A stretch of 61,631 bases of DNA, filler included, from an uncultured Methanosarcinales archaeon (GCA_964587045.1; 5 parts of 5 records of this genome joined end to end with filler, not necessarily neighbours in it); one strand, 5' to 3'; counted from the whole stretch's first letter, positions 38,660 through 48,219 are shown. The notes: generated from the letters alone by a model not told the origin. Numbers and translations: made by a program.

Positions 38660-39349
38660 GTGAAATGGGTAATATCTGTCGGAGGTTCCCTCATCGTGCC
38701 TGAGGACGGTAGGATAGACACCGAATTCATCCGACAGCTGGCCGCTCTGGTCAGGGAAAGGGTGAATGAAGGGGACAGCTTTGTACTCGTGGCAGGAGGA
38801 GGCAGGACCTGCAGAATCTACCATGACGCTGCCAAGAGGCTCTCCAGCAACGTGCCCGAGGAGGGACTCGACAAGATCGGCATAATGGCCACAAGGCTGA
38901 ATGCGATGCTACTCGTGGAATCCCTATCAGACATCGCCCATCCTGACATAATCCTTGATCCGACACAGCCCATGCCTGAAACCAAGGTGGTCGTGGCGGG
39001 GGGCTGGAAGCCTGGGTGGTCTACGGACTACGTGAGCGTAATCCTTTTCGGTAAAAGCCATGCAGATCGGCTTCTGAACCTGAGCAACATTGATTATGTC
39101 TATGACAAGGACCCGGCACTTTCAAAGGACGCGAAGGCCATAAAGGAGCTGGATTGGGATGAGCTCATGGAGATGATAGGCCCGTGGAAGCCTGGACTGC
39201 ACTTCCCATTCGATCCGAAAGCCTGCGAGAAGGCCAAGGAGCTGGACCTCAAACTGGCCATAATGAGCGGCAAAGATATTGCCTTGGTAGCCGGATATCT
39301 TGCTGGAAATCCTCTGAAAGGCACTAAAGTTGTGCCCCGAAAGGTTTAA
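38660..39349 (+). CDS. pyrH: uridylate kinase
   Basis: VISVGGSL, GGG, DKIGIMATRLNA, PGWSTD, YDKDP, PFDP. Confidence 0.94.
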   Translation: MKWVISVGGSLIVPEDGRIDTEFIRQLAALVRERVNEGDSFVLVAGGGRTCRIYHDAAKRLSSNVPEEGLDKIGIMATRLNAMLLVESLSDIAHPDIILDPTQPMPETKVVVAGGWKPGWSTDYVSVILFGKSHADRLLNLSNIDYVYDKDPALSKDAKAIKELDWDELMEMIGPWKPGLHFPFDPKACEKAKELDLKLAIMSGKDIALVAGYLAGNPLKGTKVVPRKV

Positions 39350-39380
39350 ATACACTATCGCATTCCACAGAACCACTTTT

Positions 39381-39476
39381 GGGGCTGTGGGGTAGCTTGG
39401 TCCATCCTTTCTGGTTTGGGGCCAGATGACCCCGGTTCGAAAGCATCATCAGATGCCGGCAATCCGGGCAGCCCCA
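39381..39476 (+). tRNA. tRNA-Pro(UGG) with 21-nt intron at 59/60 (39442-39462)
   Basis: acceptor GGGGCTG/CAGCCCC-A; anticodon arm TCTGG-TTTGGGG-CCAGA; T arm CCCGG-TTCGAA[intron]T-CCGGG. Confidence 0.92.
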
Positions 39477-39492
39477 TCTTACGGTTGATAAA

Positions 39493-39741
39493 ATGGCAAA
39501 GAAAAGCGGCGCAGGCTCTACGAAAAGGTTCGGTGCGAGGTATGGACGCACAATAAGGAACAAGCTCGGGAAGATCGAGGCAGACAAGAGGAGCGGAACC
39601 AAATGCCCATACTGCCATGCTGAAGGTGTCAGGCGTAAAGCATCGGGGATATGGCACTGCACCAAGTGCAACGCGACTTTCACTGGTAAGGCTTATGTGC
39701 CTGAAACCACAAAACTCAAGCTTGAAGAGGGAGCAGAATGA
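39493..39741 (+). CDS. rpl37ae: 50S ribosomal protein L37ae (eL43)
   Basis: RFGARYG, CPYC, GIWHCTKC, FTGKAY. Confidence 0.96.
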   Translation: MAKKSGAGSTKRFGARYGRTIRNKLGKIEADKRSGTKCPYCHAEGVRRKASGIWHCTKCNATFTGKAYVPETTKLKLEEGAE

Positions 39742-39875
39742 GTGATATAAAATGCTTTTTTTGCAACAAGAGCATCTCAGAGAACCTGCTCAGGAAGAAG
39801 GTCCGCTGCCCATACTGCGGCAGCAAGATCCTATTCAAACCACGGGCCGTCTCAACGAAAGTTGAGGCGATTTAA
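39738..39875 (+). CDS. rpoP: DNA-directed RNA polymerase subunit P (Rpo12), 45 aa (absent from ORF track)
   Basis: MSDIKCFFCNKSISENLLRKKVRCPYCGSKILFKPRAVSTKVEAI*; conserved position after rpl37ae. Confidence 0.92.
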   Translation: MSDIKCFFCNKSISENLLRKKVRCPYCGSKILFKPRAVSTKVEAI

Positions 39876-40111
39876 TGGAGCTTTCAAGCATCATCAGCAT
39901 CAAGGGTGACGCAAAGGCTTTATTGGATGCGATGCGTCCGGGACTCGAAAAATCGACTGAGCGGGTCGAAGTTAAGCACGAGCTCCATGGCAATGAGCTC
40001 GTTTTCAAAATCAAAGCAAAGGATCCGACCGCCCTCAAGGCGGCATGCACATCAGTCATTAATCTCATCACGGTTTACCAGAAGGTGAAAGATATTGGAG
40101 AAAGAGACTGA
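39875..40111 (+). CDS. pcc1: KEOPS subunit Pcc1
   Basis: IKAKDPTALKAACTS; rpl37ae-rpoP-pcc1-pfdB synteny. Confidence 0.8.
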   Translation: MELSSIISIKGDAKALLDAMRPGLEKSTERVEVKHELHGNELVFKIKAKDPTALKAACTSVINLITVYQKVKDIGERD

Positions 40112-40418
40112 ACAGAAGCTTAATCAGCTCCAGATGATGGAACAAAGCATGCAGAATTTCCTCATGCAGAAGCAGAACCTGCAGGCCCAGCTGATTGAGG
40201 TGGAGTCTGCCCTGAGCGAGCTCAAAGGCACAGACACTTCATACAAGATAATAGGCAACATAATGGTCAAGGCAAAGAAAGAGGACCTGAAGAAAGACCT
40301 TGAGCACAGGAAGGAGATAGTTGAGCTCAAGATAAAGAGCCTTGAGAAGCAGGAAGAGAGCATAAAGGCAAAGGCAAAAAAGACGCAGACCGAAGTTCTT
40401 GAAGAGATGAACAGATAA
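40095..40418 (+). CDS. pfdB: prefoldin subunit beta
   Basis: coiled coil, ALSEL...YKIIGNIMVK, LEKQE. Confidence 0.92.
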   Translation: MEKETEQKLNQLQMMEQSMQNFLMQKQNLQAQLIEVESALSELKGTDTSYKIIGNIMVKAKKEDLKKDLEHRKEIVELKIKSLEKQEESIKAKAKKTQTEVLEEMNR

Positions 40419-40426
40419 GATGGCAG

Positions 40427-40526
40427 NNNNNNNNNNNNNNNNNNNNNNNNNNNNNNNNNNNNNNNNNNNNTTAATTAATTAANNNNNNNNNNNNNNNNNN
40501 NNNNNNNNNNNNNNNNNNNNNNNNNN
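40427..40526. other. artificial contig-joining spacer
   Basis: N run with TTAATTAATTAA. Confidence 0.95.
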
Positions 40527-41399
40527 GTTCTTTGTACGTCTCGAACCAAAGCCGTACGAAGTCCTCCCGGGGTACACCACCACCATCGCCATGTCCGCCA
40601 GGACGCTTTCGTAGCTGGCCCGCGAGAAGTTGTCCACCAGCGTCCCGAACAGGTCGAACAGTACCGCTTTATATTTCATCTTCTCGAAGAAGAACGAACC
40701 TATCATCAGGCTCAGAAGCGAGAAAGCGACCATGCCCAGGATTTGCCAAATCTCGGGAATGTTTCCATAAACCAGGAGTTCTCTTGCAGATGAGATGTAA
40801 TAGAACATAGGATTGGCTAGATTGAACAGGAGCAGTTTCCATTGTCCGCCTATCTGGTAAAAAATCGGTGTTGCGAACCATAGCAGACGAGAGAAAAACT
40901 GCCACAGATTATCGATATCCGTAATGAATAAAGTTAGCACTGAGATAATCAATGACAGACCAAGAATGAAGGTTGTCATCAACAAAAGTATGATGGGATA
41001 CCATATAAGGTTAATCAAAGAGGCGTCAAGGTATATCATCAGAATGCTAAAAACAAGCATCTCAAAGAAGTGCGACAGCAATGTGCGGATGATAATCGAT
41101 GCTATTATTGCTTCCAATGTATGCGGAACACTCTTTAGGATAAACTCGTTCGCGTGGAGTGCTCTTGCAGCGTCATTGGTGCATTGGATAAAGAAGTTGA
41201 ACATGACGATTCCGAGCATGAGGTAGAGAGGATACCGGGGGATATCGTTCCCGAACCGATTGGAAAAAATCAAAAGGAGGAGGATGAACAATAAGATTGG
41301 GTTGAGGAGGTACCATATTATCCCCAAATATGATCCTTCGTTCTTTAGCTTAAAATCAGCAAGCGCTATTGCTAGGCTTGACCTAATGAAAGTCATCAT
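40527..41399 (-). CDS. ABC-2 (Wzm-like) polysaccharide export permease, running in-frame into a HAD-like N-terminus
   Basis: DFKLKNEGSYLGIIWYLLNP, FATPIFY, NPMFY; tail MKYKAVLFDLFGTLVD. Confidence 0.85.
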
Positions 41400-43111
41400 A
41401 GGTCACGCCTCCTGAATCCACAGGCTATTGATCCATTCTTCAGCTCAATTTGGAATTCCTCATAAGCATCTTTGAATTTATCAGTAGTGGTGATGTTACG
41501 GTACACAAGTTCCATGACATGGTTGGTGTGGCAGCCATCCTCTTCATTGATCAAACGCTCACAAGGGAAGAAATAGTCTGGTTGTCTTTTATAGAATATA
41601 TCTTCGTTGAAAGCTCCATGGTTGGTGTAGATTGAAAAGAGCTTGTCCTTTTCGGCATGCGCAATCTCTTTGTCGTTCAAGCCCAAGACGTCGACAACTT
41701 CCCTGTCAGCGAAGTAGGGAAGCGCACCAGAGCAACCGACCGCGATGATATCATAATTAGGCGTGTTTTCCCGTACATACTCTCCGATGAACTTCCCTTC
41801 CTCTACTATAATATGATCTATGCGCGATTGACTTGCTGCTAGAGCTAAGGGCGTTGCTGTGTAGCCTACCGCCAAAAGAACTGCTCCCACAGCAAGGATA
41901 GGTATATGTTTTACGCCAATACGCTGGAGGATCCTTATCAGGTAGTAGACTGAAAGGATCGCAATAAGGGGCAGTGCGTTTATTGCCCTGCGGAATAGGG
42001 TAAAATGATCCCCTCCGCTGAAGATGGTCGTCACCAGAAGAAGTGCAGCAAGGCCAGCAATCAGCAAAGGCTTGCGTCTCCTTACGAAGATGCAGCCGAT
42101 TATAATAGGGATTACGAACAGGATGTGGACCCTCATGAATCTATAGATGTACATCCATCCCAGGACGAATGTCGTAGGATTGAGTATTGATACTTTTGCG
42201 TAGAATGTGTTTGGCAGAGGGTAGCCGAAATAGAGCAGCCTGAAGATAATGAAGGGAAGAAATAGTGCTGCATACAATCCAATTAACCCGGCCACCCTTC
42301 TTATATTAATCTTCCTTACAATAATGCTGTACGGTATCGCGAAAAGTAACATGACCAGACCTTCTGGTCTTGTTATAGCTACCAGCGCTGCGAGAATATA
42401 ACTTACCTTGTCGAGTCCCTTGACCAGACAATAAGTCGTTGCAAGGATTAAGGTTATGAAAAGCGCATTATCCATGCCAGAGGTTGACACCCATATCACG
42501 AAAGCTGGATTGAGTGCTATGACCAAAGCGGCGAGCGATCCGGGGTAACTCTCTTTTAGGAGGTGCTTGGTTATCTTGTAGGTCAGCAGAATGGAGCAAA
42601 CGCCGAAGATTATACCTAACAATCGTGAGGTGATGTCTAATGGGAGCCTCAATAGGGAGGCACCTGCAAGGACCATTGTCCAAGTGAAGCTTGAGAAGCC
42701 TTCGACCCGCGCCCCTCCTGGATTATAGACCAACCCGTCACCTGATGCTAAGTTGTCTGCGTACCTGTAGAAGATGTACGCGTCGTCAATCGAGCTGTTC
42801 CCAGTGTATGAGATGAGATATACTGTCATTGCCAGGAAGATGGCTACCACAAGCCATATGTTGATGTTGCTGACCAACCTGCTTATCCTGCTGACGGTCT
42901 TTCCAAAACTTGATGGGAGGAAGAGGAGGTGAATACCTGCGAACAAGAAAACGAGGTCAACAAAGACAATCATCACTCCCTTTATTGGATGATCAAGATG
43001 CTGATCAGGGCTGACGAAGTGCTCAAGGAGCCAAGGGTTGAGAAGTATCCCAACGAGTATCAGCACCAATCCCTTTGTCTTCGAACTCCCCCCGCCCATG
43101 GCCAGGGTCAT
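41396..43111 (-). CDS. polytopic GT-C-like membrane glycosyltransferase
   Basis: DDAYIFYRYADNLASGDGLVYNPG..VEGFSS, TRPEG, PNTFYAK, GALPYF, DVLGLND. Confidence 0.75.
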   Translation of the reverse strand: MTLAMGGGSSKTKGLVLILVGILLNPWLLEHFVSPDQHLDHPIKGVMIVFVDLVFLFAGIHLLFLPSSFGKTVSRISRLVSNINIWLVVAIFLAMTVYLISYTGNSSIDDAYIFYRYADNLASGDGLVYNPGGARVEGFSSFTWTMVLAGASLLRLPLDITSRLLGIIFGVCSILLTYKITKHLLKESYPGSLAALVIALNPAFVIWVSTSGMDNALFITLILATTYCLVKGLDKVSYILAALVAITRPEGLVMLLFAIPYSIIVRKINIRRVAGLIGLYAALFLPFIIFRLLYFGYPLPNTFYAKVSILNPTTFVLGWMYIYRFMRVHILFVIPIIIGCIFVRRRKPLLIAGLAALLLVTTIFSGGDHFTLFRRAINALPLIAILSVYYLIRILQRIGVKHIPILAVGAVLLAVGYTATPLALAASQSRIDHIIVEEGKFIGEYVRENTPNYDIIAVGCSGALPYFADREVVDVLGLNDKEIAHAEKDKLFSIYTNHGAFNEDIFYKRQPDYFFPCERLINEEDGCHTNHVMELVYRNITTTDKFKDAYEEFQIELKNGSIACGFRRRDL

Positions 43112-43135
43112 ATAACCGAGTATTTAATAAGGTTT

Positions 43136-44467
43136 CTAATGCCAACTTTCTGTTTGATTTATTAAGTTGGACACTGTTGGGAAGGAGTCGTTCATAAGTA
43201 GATTCTTCCTTGTTAGACTTTCAATGACTGAAGGCCCAAATCTTGAGTTGAAATCTCCTGAAGGATGACCATCCATTGGTATGATATCATCCTCCTCTGC
43301 CATGTAATCAGGGGAAATTACGGTCACCCCTTGCTCTTTAAGCATCCTCATTATTTTCACATAATATCTCTGTGAGGATACCGGATGCATGACAACCACG
43401 AAATCCCCATCAAACTGCTTTTGATACTCATTATCAATCTCTCGAATGATCGCTACTGTGAGTGATAGGTCAGCATCCGTTATTCTATCAGGATAGAGAT
43501 TGAGAACGCGCAGAAGATATAGTCTGAATCTTAGATAATAAAATACCTTCCGGGCCAGTGAAGAAAGTGGTTTTTCTGAGTCGAAGGATCCGCTGCTTTT
43601 CGGCATCCCAGCTTTGTCTAGTGTAAAATATGGTGATGAACCCGACCAGCTTTCCCTTCCCTTGACCCTGTTGATATGGTCTTCAATGAAGAAGTAAAGC
43701 GCTATACCCTTGCTTTGTTTGACCTCTGCTGAGATGTTCCTTTTCCTAAACATGGCCAGGATGTTATTCGGCCCGTAACCGAAGATCCCATAGTTGTATG
43801 TTCTGTACTCCGGAAGGGCCTCACTGAAGTAGTGGTCAAGAGTCTCGTTATCCTCCAAACCCTCACCAAAGCTGTATGAACCTCCAAGTAGAAGAAGATG
43901 GTACATGTAATCGCCATCCTGCAAGCCAACTGTTCTCATGCCCAAGCTGTTTGTGCTCACATTATAACTATAAACAGGCGTTCCGTTAATGTTCCATCTT
44001 CTGAGCTCAGTATTCATGTTCGGCTTGAGGGTATACCCAACATTTCCGTCCTCCCTCACCATTAGCATGTTATTATCCCTCAAGTCCTGATAGTAATCGA
44101 ACTTGCCTTGGCTTCGCAGCTGGATGTAGGACACTATCTCAATTATAATCAATAAAACCAAAATTGTTGAGATGAGAATTGCTAAATTCATCACCCAATT
44201 GGCCTTTCTTGGACGCTTCTTGTAGAAAGAATATCCCACAAACGCCAAGAGTAACTCCATAAGGATGATGATTACATAATAGTACAGGAAATCAAGTTGC
44301 CTGTCCGGGCTGAAAAGGAATTCAATTATCCAAGGGTTGAGAACCACCGCTAACGCCATAAAGAACAGACCAAGTCTTTTCCTGAGCCTCCTTTTCAGCC
44401 ACGCCATTTGTTCTTGACATCTCACCCTTACTCTTATTTTTTTCGTTGAGGAAACGTAGGAAGACAC
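43136..44467 (-). CDS. membrane-anchored SGNH/GDSL family protein
   Basis: TNSLGMR, LLGGSYSFGEG, NYGIFGYG, DGHP; start uncertain. Confidence 0.75.
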   Translation of the reverse strand: MSSYVSSTKKIRVRVRCQEQMAWLKRRLRKRLGLFFMALAVVLNPWIIEFLFSPDRQLDFLYYYVIIILMELLLAFVGYSFYKKRPRKANWVMNLAILISTILVLLIIIEIVSYIQLRSQGKFDYYQDLRDNNMLMVREDGNVGYTLKPNMNTELRRWNINGTPVYSYNVSTNSLGMRTVGLQDGDYMYHLLLLGGSYSFGEGLEDNETLDHYFSEALPEYRTYNYGIFGYGPNNILAMFRKRNISAEVKQSKGIALYFFIEDHINRVKGRESWSGSSPYFTLDKAGMPKSSGSFDSEKPLSSLARKVFYYLRFRLYLLRVLNLYPDRITDADLSLTVAIIREIDNEYQKQFDGDFVVVMHPVSSQRYYVKIMRMLKEQGVTVISPDYMAEEDDIIPMDGHPSGDFNSRFGPSVIESLTRKNLLMNDSFPTVSNLINQTESWH

Positions 44468-45415
44468 TTATTTTCTCGAGTCGGATGATCCCCTAGCTAT
44501 TAAACCGTTATACTCAAGGCAGCTCTCGAGCAGATTTACCATGTACTGGTTTCCTGCAGGAGTGAAGTGTATACCATCTTCTAACATAAGGGAGGCACGT
44601 TTCTCAAAGGATAATTTTTCGAATTCTGCTTTCGCATCGCATAGGACAGTTACGGTTGAAGCCGCGACAGACCTAACCGCGTCTGCATACTCATTATGGA
44701 TGCTTACGAGCTGGCTGAGGTTAGACATCCACCTTTCGGAGAGGTATTCTGGTTCGTACCCCTCCCTATGTGTCGTAGGTGCTGTGATTAGGACTGGCGT
44801 GATGTTCCTTGATCTTGTGTAGCAGATCATGTTTTGCAGGTTCTCCTTGAACTCATCGATGGGCACCCTCAGGGTGTCGCTCCGTTTGGAGACTGCCTTG
44901 AGGATGAGCTGTCCAAGCCGGTATTTAGCAAGCGGCTGATGGATCATCGAAACTACCTGCCGGTCGCTCATGCCGAAGCCTTGCCAATGATCGTTCCATC
45001 TGTAGTAGAATGTTATGATTTTTGGTTTGAGCGGTGCTATGTCTCTGACCAGCTGGATGAGACCTTGATATGAGGTGTAGCCTACTACTCCTGCGTTGAT
45101 GAATGAGACGTTCATCTGCGATGCGAACCTTGCGGGAATATCACTTATCTGTATGCATGAGTCGCCCATGAATACGATGAAGGGAACTTGGACTGCAAGT
45201 CTGCGTTCGTACTCTGCTGGAACCCATATGAGATCGGGATCGGATTCATATTCTGGGGCGAGAGACGCGGGATTGGGGAAGCCGAATTGAACCCGCTCAG
45301 GATAGATGGACAGCCCCTCCCCAACTACGTAAAGCATGGCCTCAAGGGCTGCAAAGGTTAGGATGATGGAGACGATGAGCAGAAATGAACCTTGTATGAG
45401 TTTTTTAATTTTCAT
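44468..45415 (-). CDS. membrane-anchored SGNH/GDSL hydrolase
   Basis: MGDS, NAGVVGYTSYQG, WND, DGIHF. Confidence 0.85.
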   Translation of the reverse strand: MKIKKLIQGSFLLIVSIILTFAALEAMLYVVGEGLSIYPERVQFGFPNPASLAPEYESDPDLIWVPAEYERRLAVQVPFIVFMGDSCIQISDIPARFASQMNVSFINAGVVGYTSYQGLIQLVRDIAPLKPKIITFYYRWNDHWQGFGMSDRQVVSMIHQPLAKYRLGQLILKAVSKRSDTLRVPIDEFKENLQNMICYTRSRNITPVLITAPTTHREGYEPEYLSERWMSNLSQLVSIHNEYADAVRSVAASTVTVLCDAKAEFEKLSFEKRASLMLEDGIHFTPAGNQYMVNLLESCLEYNGLIARGSSDSRK

Positions 45416-45510
45416 CCCTTAAGCTTTTTTGCCTTGCAATATTAAAGATTAATGATTTTATTTGCACACTTTTGGAAACACATTTATATCGAGTTGACAT
45501 TCATCGCTTG

Positions 45511-46605
45511 ATGTTCGATATCAAGAAGAGCGAGGGCTCAAGCCGTCAGGGGCTTCTCGGGACCTCGCACGGCCAGGTACAGACCCCCTGCTTCATGCCT
45601 GTCGCAACGAAGGGCGCTGTCAAGCACATGACTACTCCTGAGCTGGAAGCCATAGGAACTGACTGCCTAATCTCCAACTCCTTTCTGCTCTACCTGCAGC
45701 CCGGATTGAGCGTCATTGAGGAACACGGAGGACTGCACCGCTTCATGGGTTGGGACAAGGCTTTATTCACCGACAACGGCGCTTTCCAGATGCTCCGCAG
45801 TTTCTACGAGGGATACAACAGCATGGGCATCAGGTTCAAGAGCCCCTTCGACGGCAAGAGGCATCTCCTCTCACCGAGGCTTTCCATGGAGATCCAGGGG
45901 AAGCTCGGGAGCGACGTTGCGATGGCGCTTGATTGCGTCGTGCCAAACGACAGCGGCAGGAAGGTGTTTGAGGATGCGGTTAAGCATTCCACCAAGTGGG
46001 GCGCGGAGAGCCTCAAGTACAGGAACGAAGACCAGCTGGTCTTCGGCATCGCTCATGGTGGGATAGTCCCGGACCTCAGGGAGAAGCATGCGAAGGAGAT
46101 GTCAGCGATGGACTTCGACGGCTTCGCCCTCGGCGGCCTGTGCATAGGCGAGTCGAAGGGAGATATGTACAGCGCGATAGATGCCTCGGTGCACCTTTTG
46201 CCTCCTGATAAACCCCGCTACCTGATGGGTGTAGGCACCCCTGTGGACATCCTGGAGTGCGTTGCCCGCGGTATCGACATCTTCGATTCGGTCTTCCCCA
46301 CGCAGACTGCGCGGCACAACCTCCTCTTCACCCGCGACGGGCCGCTGAAGCTCACCCAGGCCAAGTACAGGGAGGATACGTCCCCTGTGGACCCTGAATG
46401 CAGCTGCCCTGTCTGCAAGAGGTACTCCAGGGCTTCCCTCTCGTACCTTACACGTCTGAAAGAGCCCATAGCCTGGCAGCTCAAGACGTACCACAACCTC
46501 TTCTTCGTCCAGCAGCTAATGGCTGACATCAGGACTGCTATCAAAGAGGGGCAGTTCTTCGACTACAAGGAGAGCTTCCTCAAGCGTTATCTGAAGAAGG
46601 AGTAG
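45511..46605 (+). CDS. tgt: bacterial-type tRNA-guanine transglycosylase
   Basis: TPCFMPVATKG, GGLHRFMGW, PRYLMGVG, DIFDSVFPT, CSCPVC...H zinc site; no PUA extension. Confidence 0.9.
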   Translation: MFDIKKSEGSSRQGLLGTSHGQVQTPCFMPVATKGAVKHMTTPELEAIGTDCLISNSFLLYLQPGLSVIEEHGGLHRFMGWDKALFTDNGAFQMLRSFYEGYNSMGIRFKSPFDGKRHLLSPRLSMEIQGKLGSDVAMALDCVVPNDSGRKVFEDAVKHSTKWGAESLKYRNEDQLVFGIAHGGIVPDLREKHAKEMSAMDFDGFALGGLCIGESKGDMYSAIDASVHLLPPDKPRYLMGVGTPVDILECVARGIDIFDSVFPTQTARHNLLFTRDGPLKLTQAKYREDTSPVDPECSCPVCKRYSRASLSYLTRLKEPIAWQLKTYHNLFFVQQLMADIRTAIKEGQFFDYKESFLKRYLKKE

Positions 46606-46607
46606 GA

Positions 46608-46678
46608 CGAACGGGTATGGAGGGTTCAGGGAGAGTGAGGGGGGTTCCCTAATGAGAATGATCCTCCATACCCATTCG
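46608..46678. terminator. long imperfect hairpin between convergent genes
   Basis: CGAACGGGTATGGAGG / CCTCCATACCCATTCG arms with inner GGGA/TCCC. Confidence 0.5.
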
Positions 46679-46682
46679 GTGA

Positions 46683-46847
46683 TTATAAGGCTGTGTCTCC
46701 TAAGAGGAGCCTGTCCAGCTCCTCGTCTGTTATGTCTTTCTGGCTCAAGGCCTCTGAAAAAGTTTTGGACTGCCTCTTCCTCTGGGCCCTGTTGCTCTTG
46801 AGAGTCCTGGACAGCGCCAAGTCTTCGTCATAATGAATATCTTCCAT
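46683..46847 (-). CDS. small hypothetical protein (54 aa)
   Basis: MEDIHYDEDLALSRTLKSNRAQRKRQSKTFSEALSQKDITDEELDRLLLGDTAL*; starts 1 nt after the upstream stop. Confidence 0.55.
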   Translation of the reverse strand: MEDIHYDEDLALSRTLKSNRAQRKRQSKTFSEALSQKDITDEELDRLLLGDTAL

Positions 46848-46848
46848 T

Positions 46849-46947
46849 TTATCTCTTTAGGTACTCTTCAAACTCGGCCTCGTAAAGCTCTTTTTTGGCG
46901 CGCCTGTCTATGCGCTCCTTTTCCGCTATCTCGTCGAGTTTTTCCAT
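46849..46947 (-). CDS. small hypothetical protein (32 aa)
   Basis: MEKLDEIAEKERIDRRAKKELYEAEFEEYLKR*; promoter gaaagatttatata on - at ~46992-47005. Confidence 0.5.
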   Translation of the reverse strand: MEKLDEIAEKERIDRRAKKELYEAEFEEYLKR

Positions 46948-47083
46948 CTTGTTTGTGATTGGTGTTGTCTGATGTTGGTGGTCATTTTGGTATATATAAA
47001 TCTTTCCATTTTTTACCACTTTAGAGTAGTTATTAATCTGTTTTGGCAAAAACTATTTATAGCCCCGAAATGACAGGAATATC

Positions 47084-47506
47084 ATGACCCCTGAGATAGA
47101 CATCCTGATCAAGCTTGGCCTCTCCATCCTCCTCGGCGGCCTTCTGGGCGTCGAAAGGGAGAAGGACCACAAGCCGGCAGGTGTCAGGACATACATCCTG
47201 GTGTGCATGGGCACGACCCTGCTCATATCCATCGTGGCTGATACCTTCGGACCCACAGACGCCTTGTCAAGGGTGATACAGGGACTTATCACAGGCTTGG
47301 GATTCATCGGCGCGGGTGCGATAATGAGAACTGACACCCACCATGTCCACGGGCTCACCACAGCGGCGTCAATCTGGACCGTGGCCATGATAGGCATCGC
47401 AGTTGGTCTGGGCTATTTCTGGATCTCGGTCATAGCGACCCTGCTTATACTGCTGCTCCTGAAGATGAAGCTGCTTTGGAGCGGACCCCCGCCAGACGAC
47501 AACTAA
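47084..47506 (+). CDS. MgtC/SapB family membrane protein
   Basis: GVERE..HKPAGVRT, GLGFIGAG, GLTTAASIW. Confidence 0.93.
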   Translation: MTPEIDILIKLGLSILLGGLLGVEREKDHKPAGVRTYILVCMGTTLLISIVADTFGPTDALSRVIQGLITGLGFIGAGAIMRTDTHHVHGLTTAASIWTVAMIGIAVGLGYFWISVIATLLILLLLKMKLLWSGPPPDDN

Positions 47507-48219
47507 GGCTTCGCCACTCCCCAGAGCAGTTTGAAATGCTGTTTGTAGCTGTCAGATATGCCCTTGTTCTTGATAAGGATGGCCAAGGGCTCCTCAGTCC
47601 AGAGCGTGATGCAGACCTTATCCCCATAGACTGAGGTGGTAGCGGGCGAGTTGTACTCCTCAGGGAGGTAACGGTACTTGATCAGCTTGGACTTGGGGTG
47701 CTTGCCCCTCTGGCTCTCGTCGAAGATTATCGAGATGGGTATGCCCTTCTCCTCCCTTACGCGGGTGTACCTCTCGAAATAGTAGCCCATCATCTCAGTC
47801 GCCTTGCCTGAAGCGCCGAAAACTAGTATCTCTTTCCCCGTCTCGAGCTGGTCGTCGTATGCGGTCTTGACGCCCTGGTGGCCCTTGTAGAAGACCGTGA
47901 CCTGCTTGTCCTGGCTGAAGTTGTACATGGCCTCGAGCTTCGGCAGGTGCTCCTTTATCACGCCCTCCTTCTCCTTGACCAGCTCGAGCAGCCGGTCGGG
48001 ATGCGCGGCCTGGTACCACCTCCTGTTGTTCCGCTTGATGTAAGAAACAAGCCCCTTCTCGATCAGGCGCTCCATGACGTCATAGACCGACCTCCTGTGG
48101 ACGCCGCTCTGTCTCGAGAGCGTACCGGCAAGAGCGCTCCCCAGCTTGAGGAGGGTCAGGTAGACCTTGGCCTCGACCTCGGTCAGCCCTGCCTCCTGTA
48201 GGTAGAAATGCTCGACCAT
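47503..48219 (-). CDS. TrmB family transcriptional regulator
   Basis: GLTEVEAKVYLTLL...RRSVYDVMERLIEKGLV; YKGHQGV; YGDKV. Confidence 0.9.
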   Translation of the reverse strand: MVEHFYLQEAGLTEVEAKVYLTLLKLGSALAGTLSRQSGVHRRSVYDVMERLIEKGLVSYIKRNNRRWYQAAHPDRLLELVKEKEGVIKEHLPKLEAMYNFSQDKQVTVFYKGHQGVKTAYDDQLETGKEILVFGASGKATEMMGYYFERYTRVREEKGIPISIIFDESQRGKHPKSKLIKYRYLPEEYNSPATTSVYGDKVCITLWTEEPLAILIKNKGISDSYKQHFKLLWGVAKP

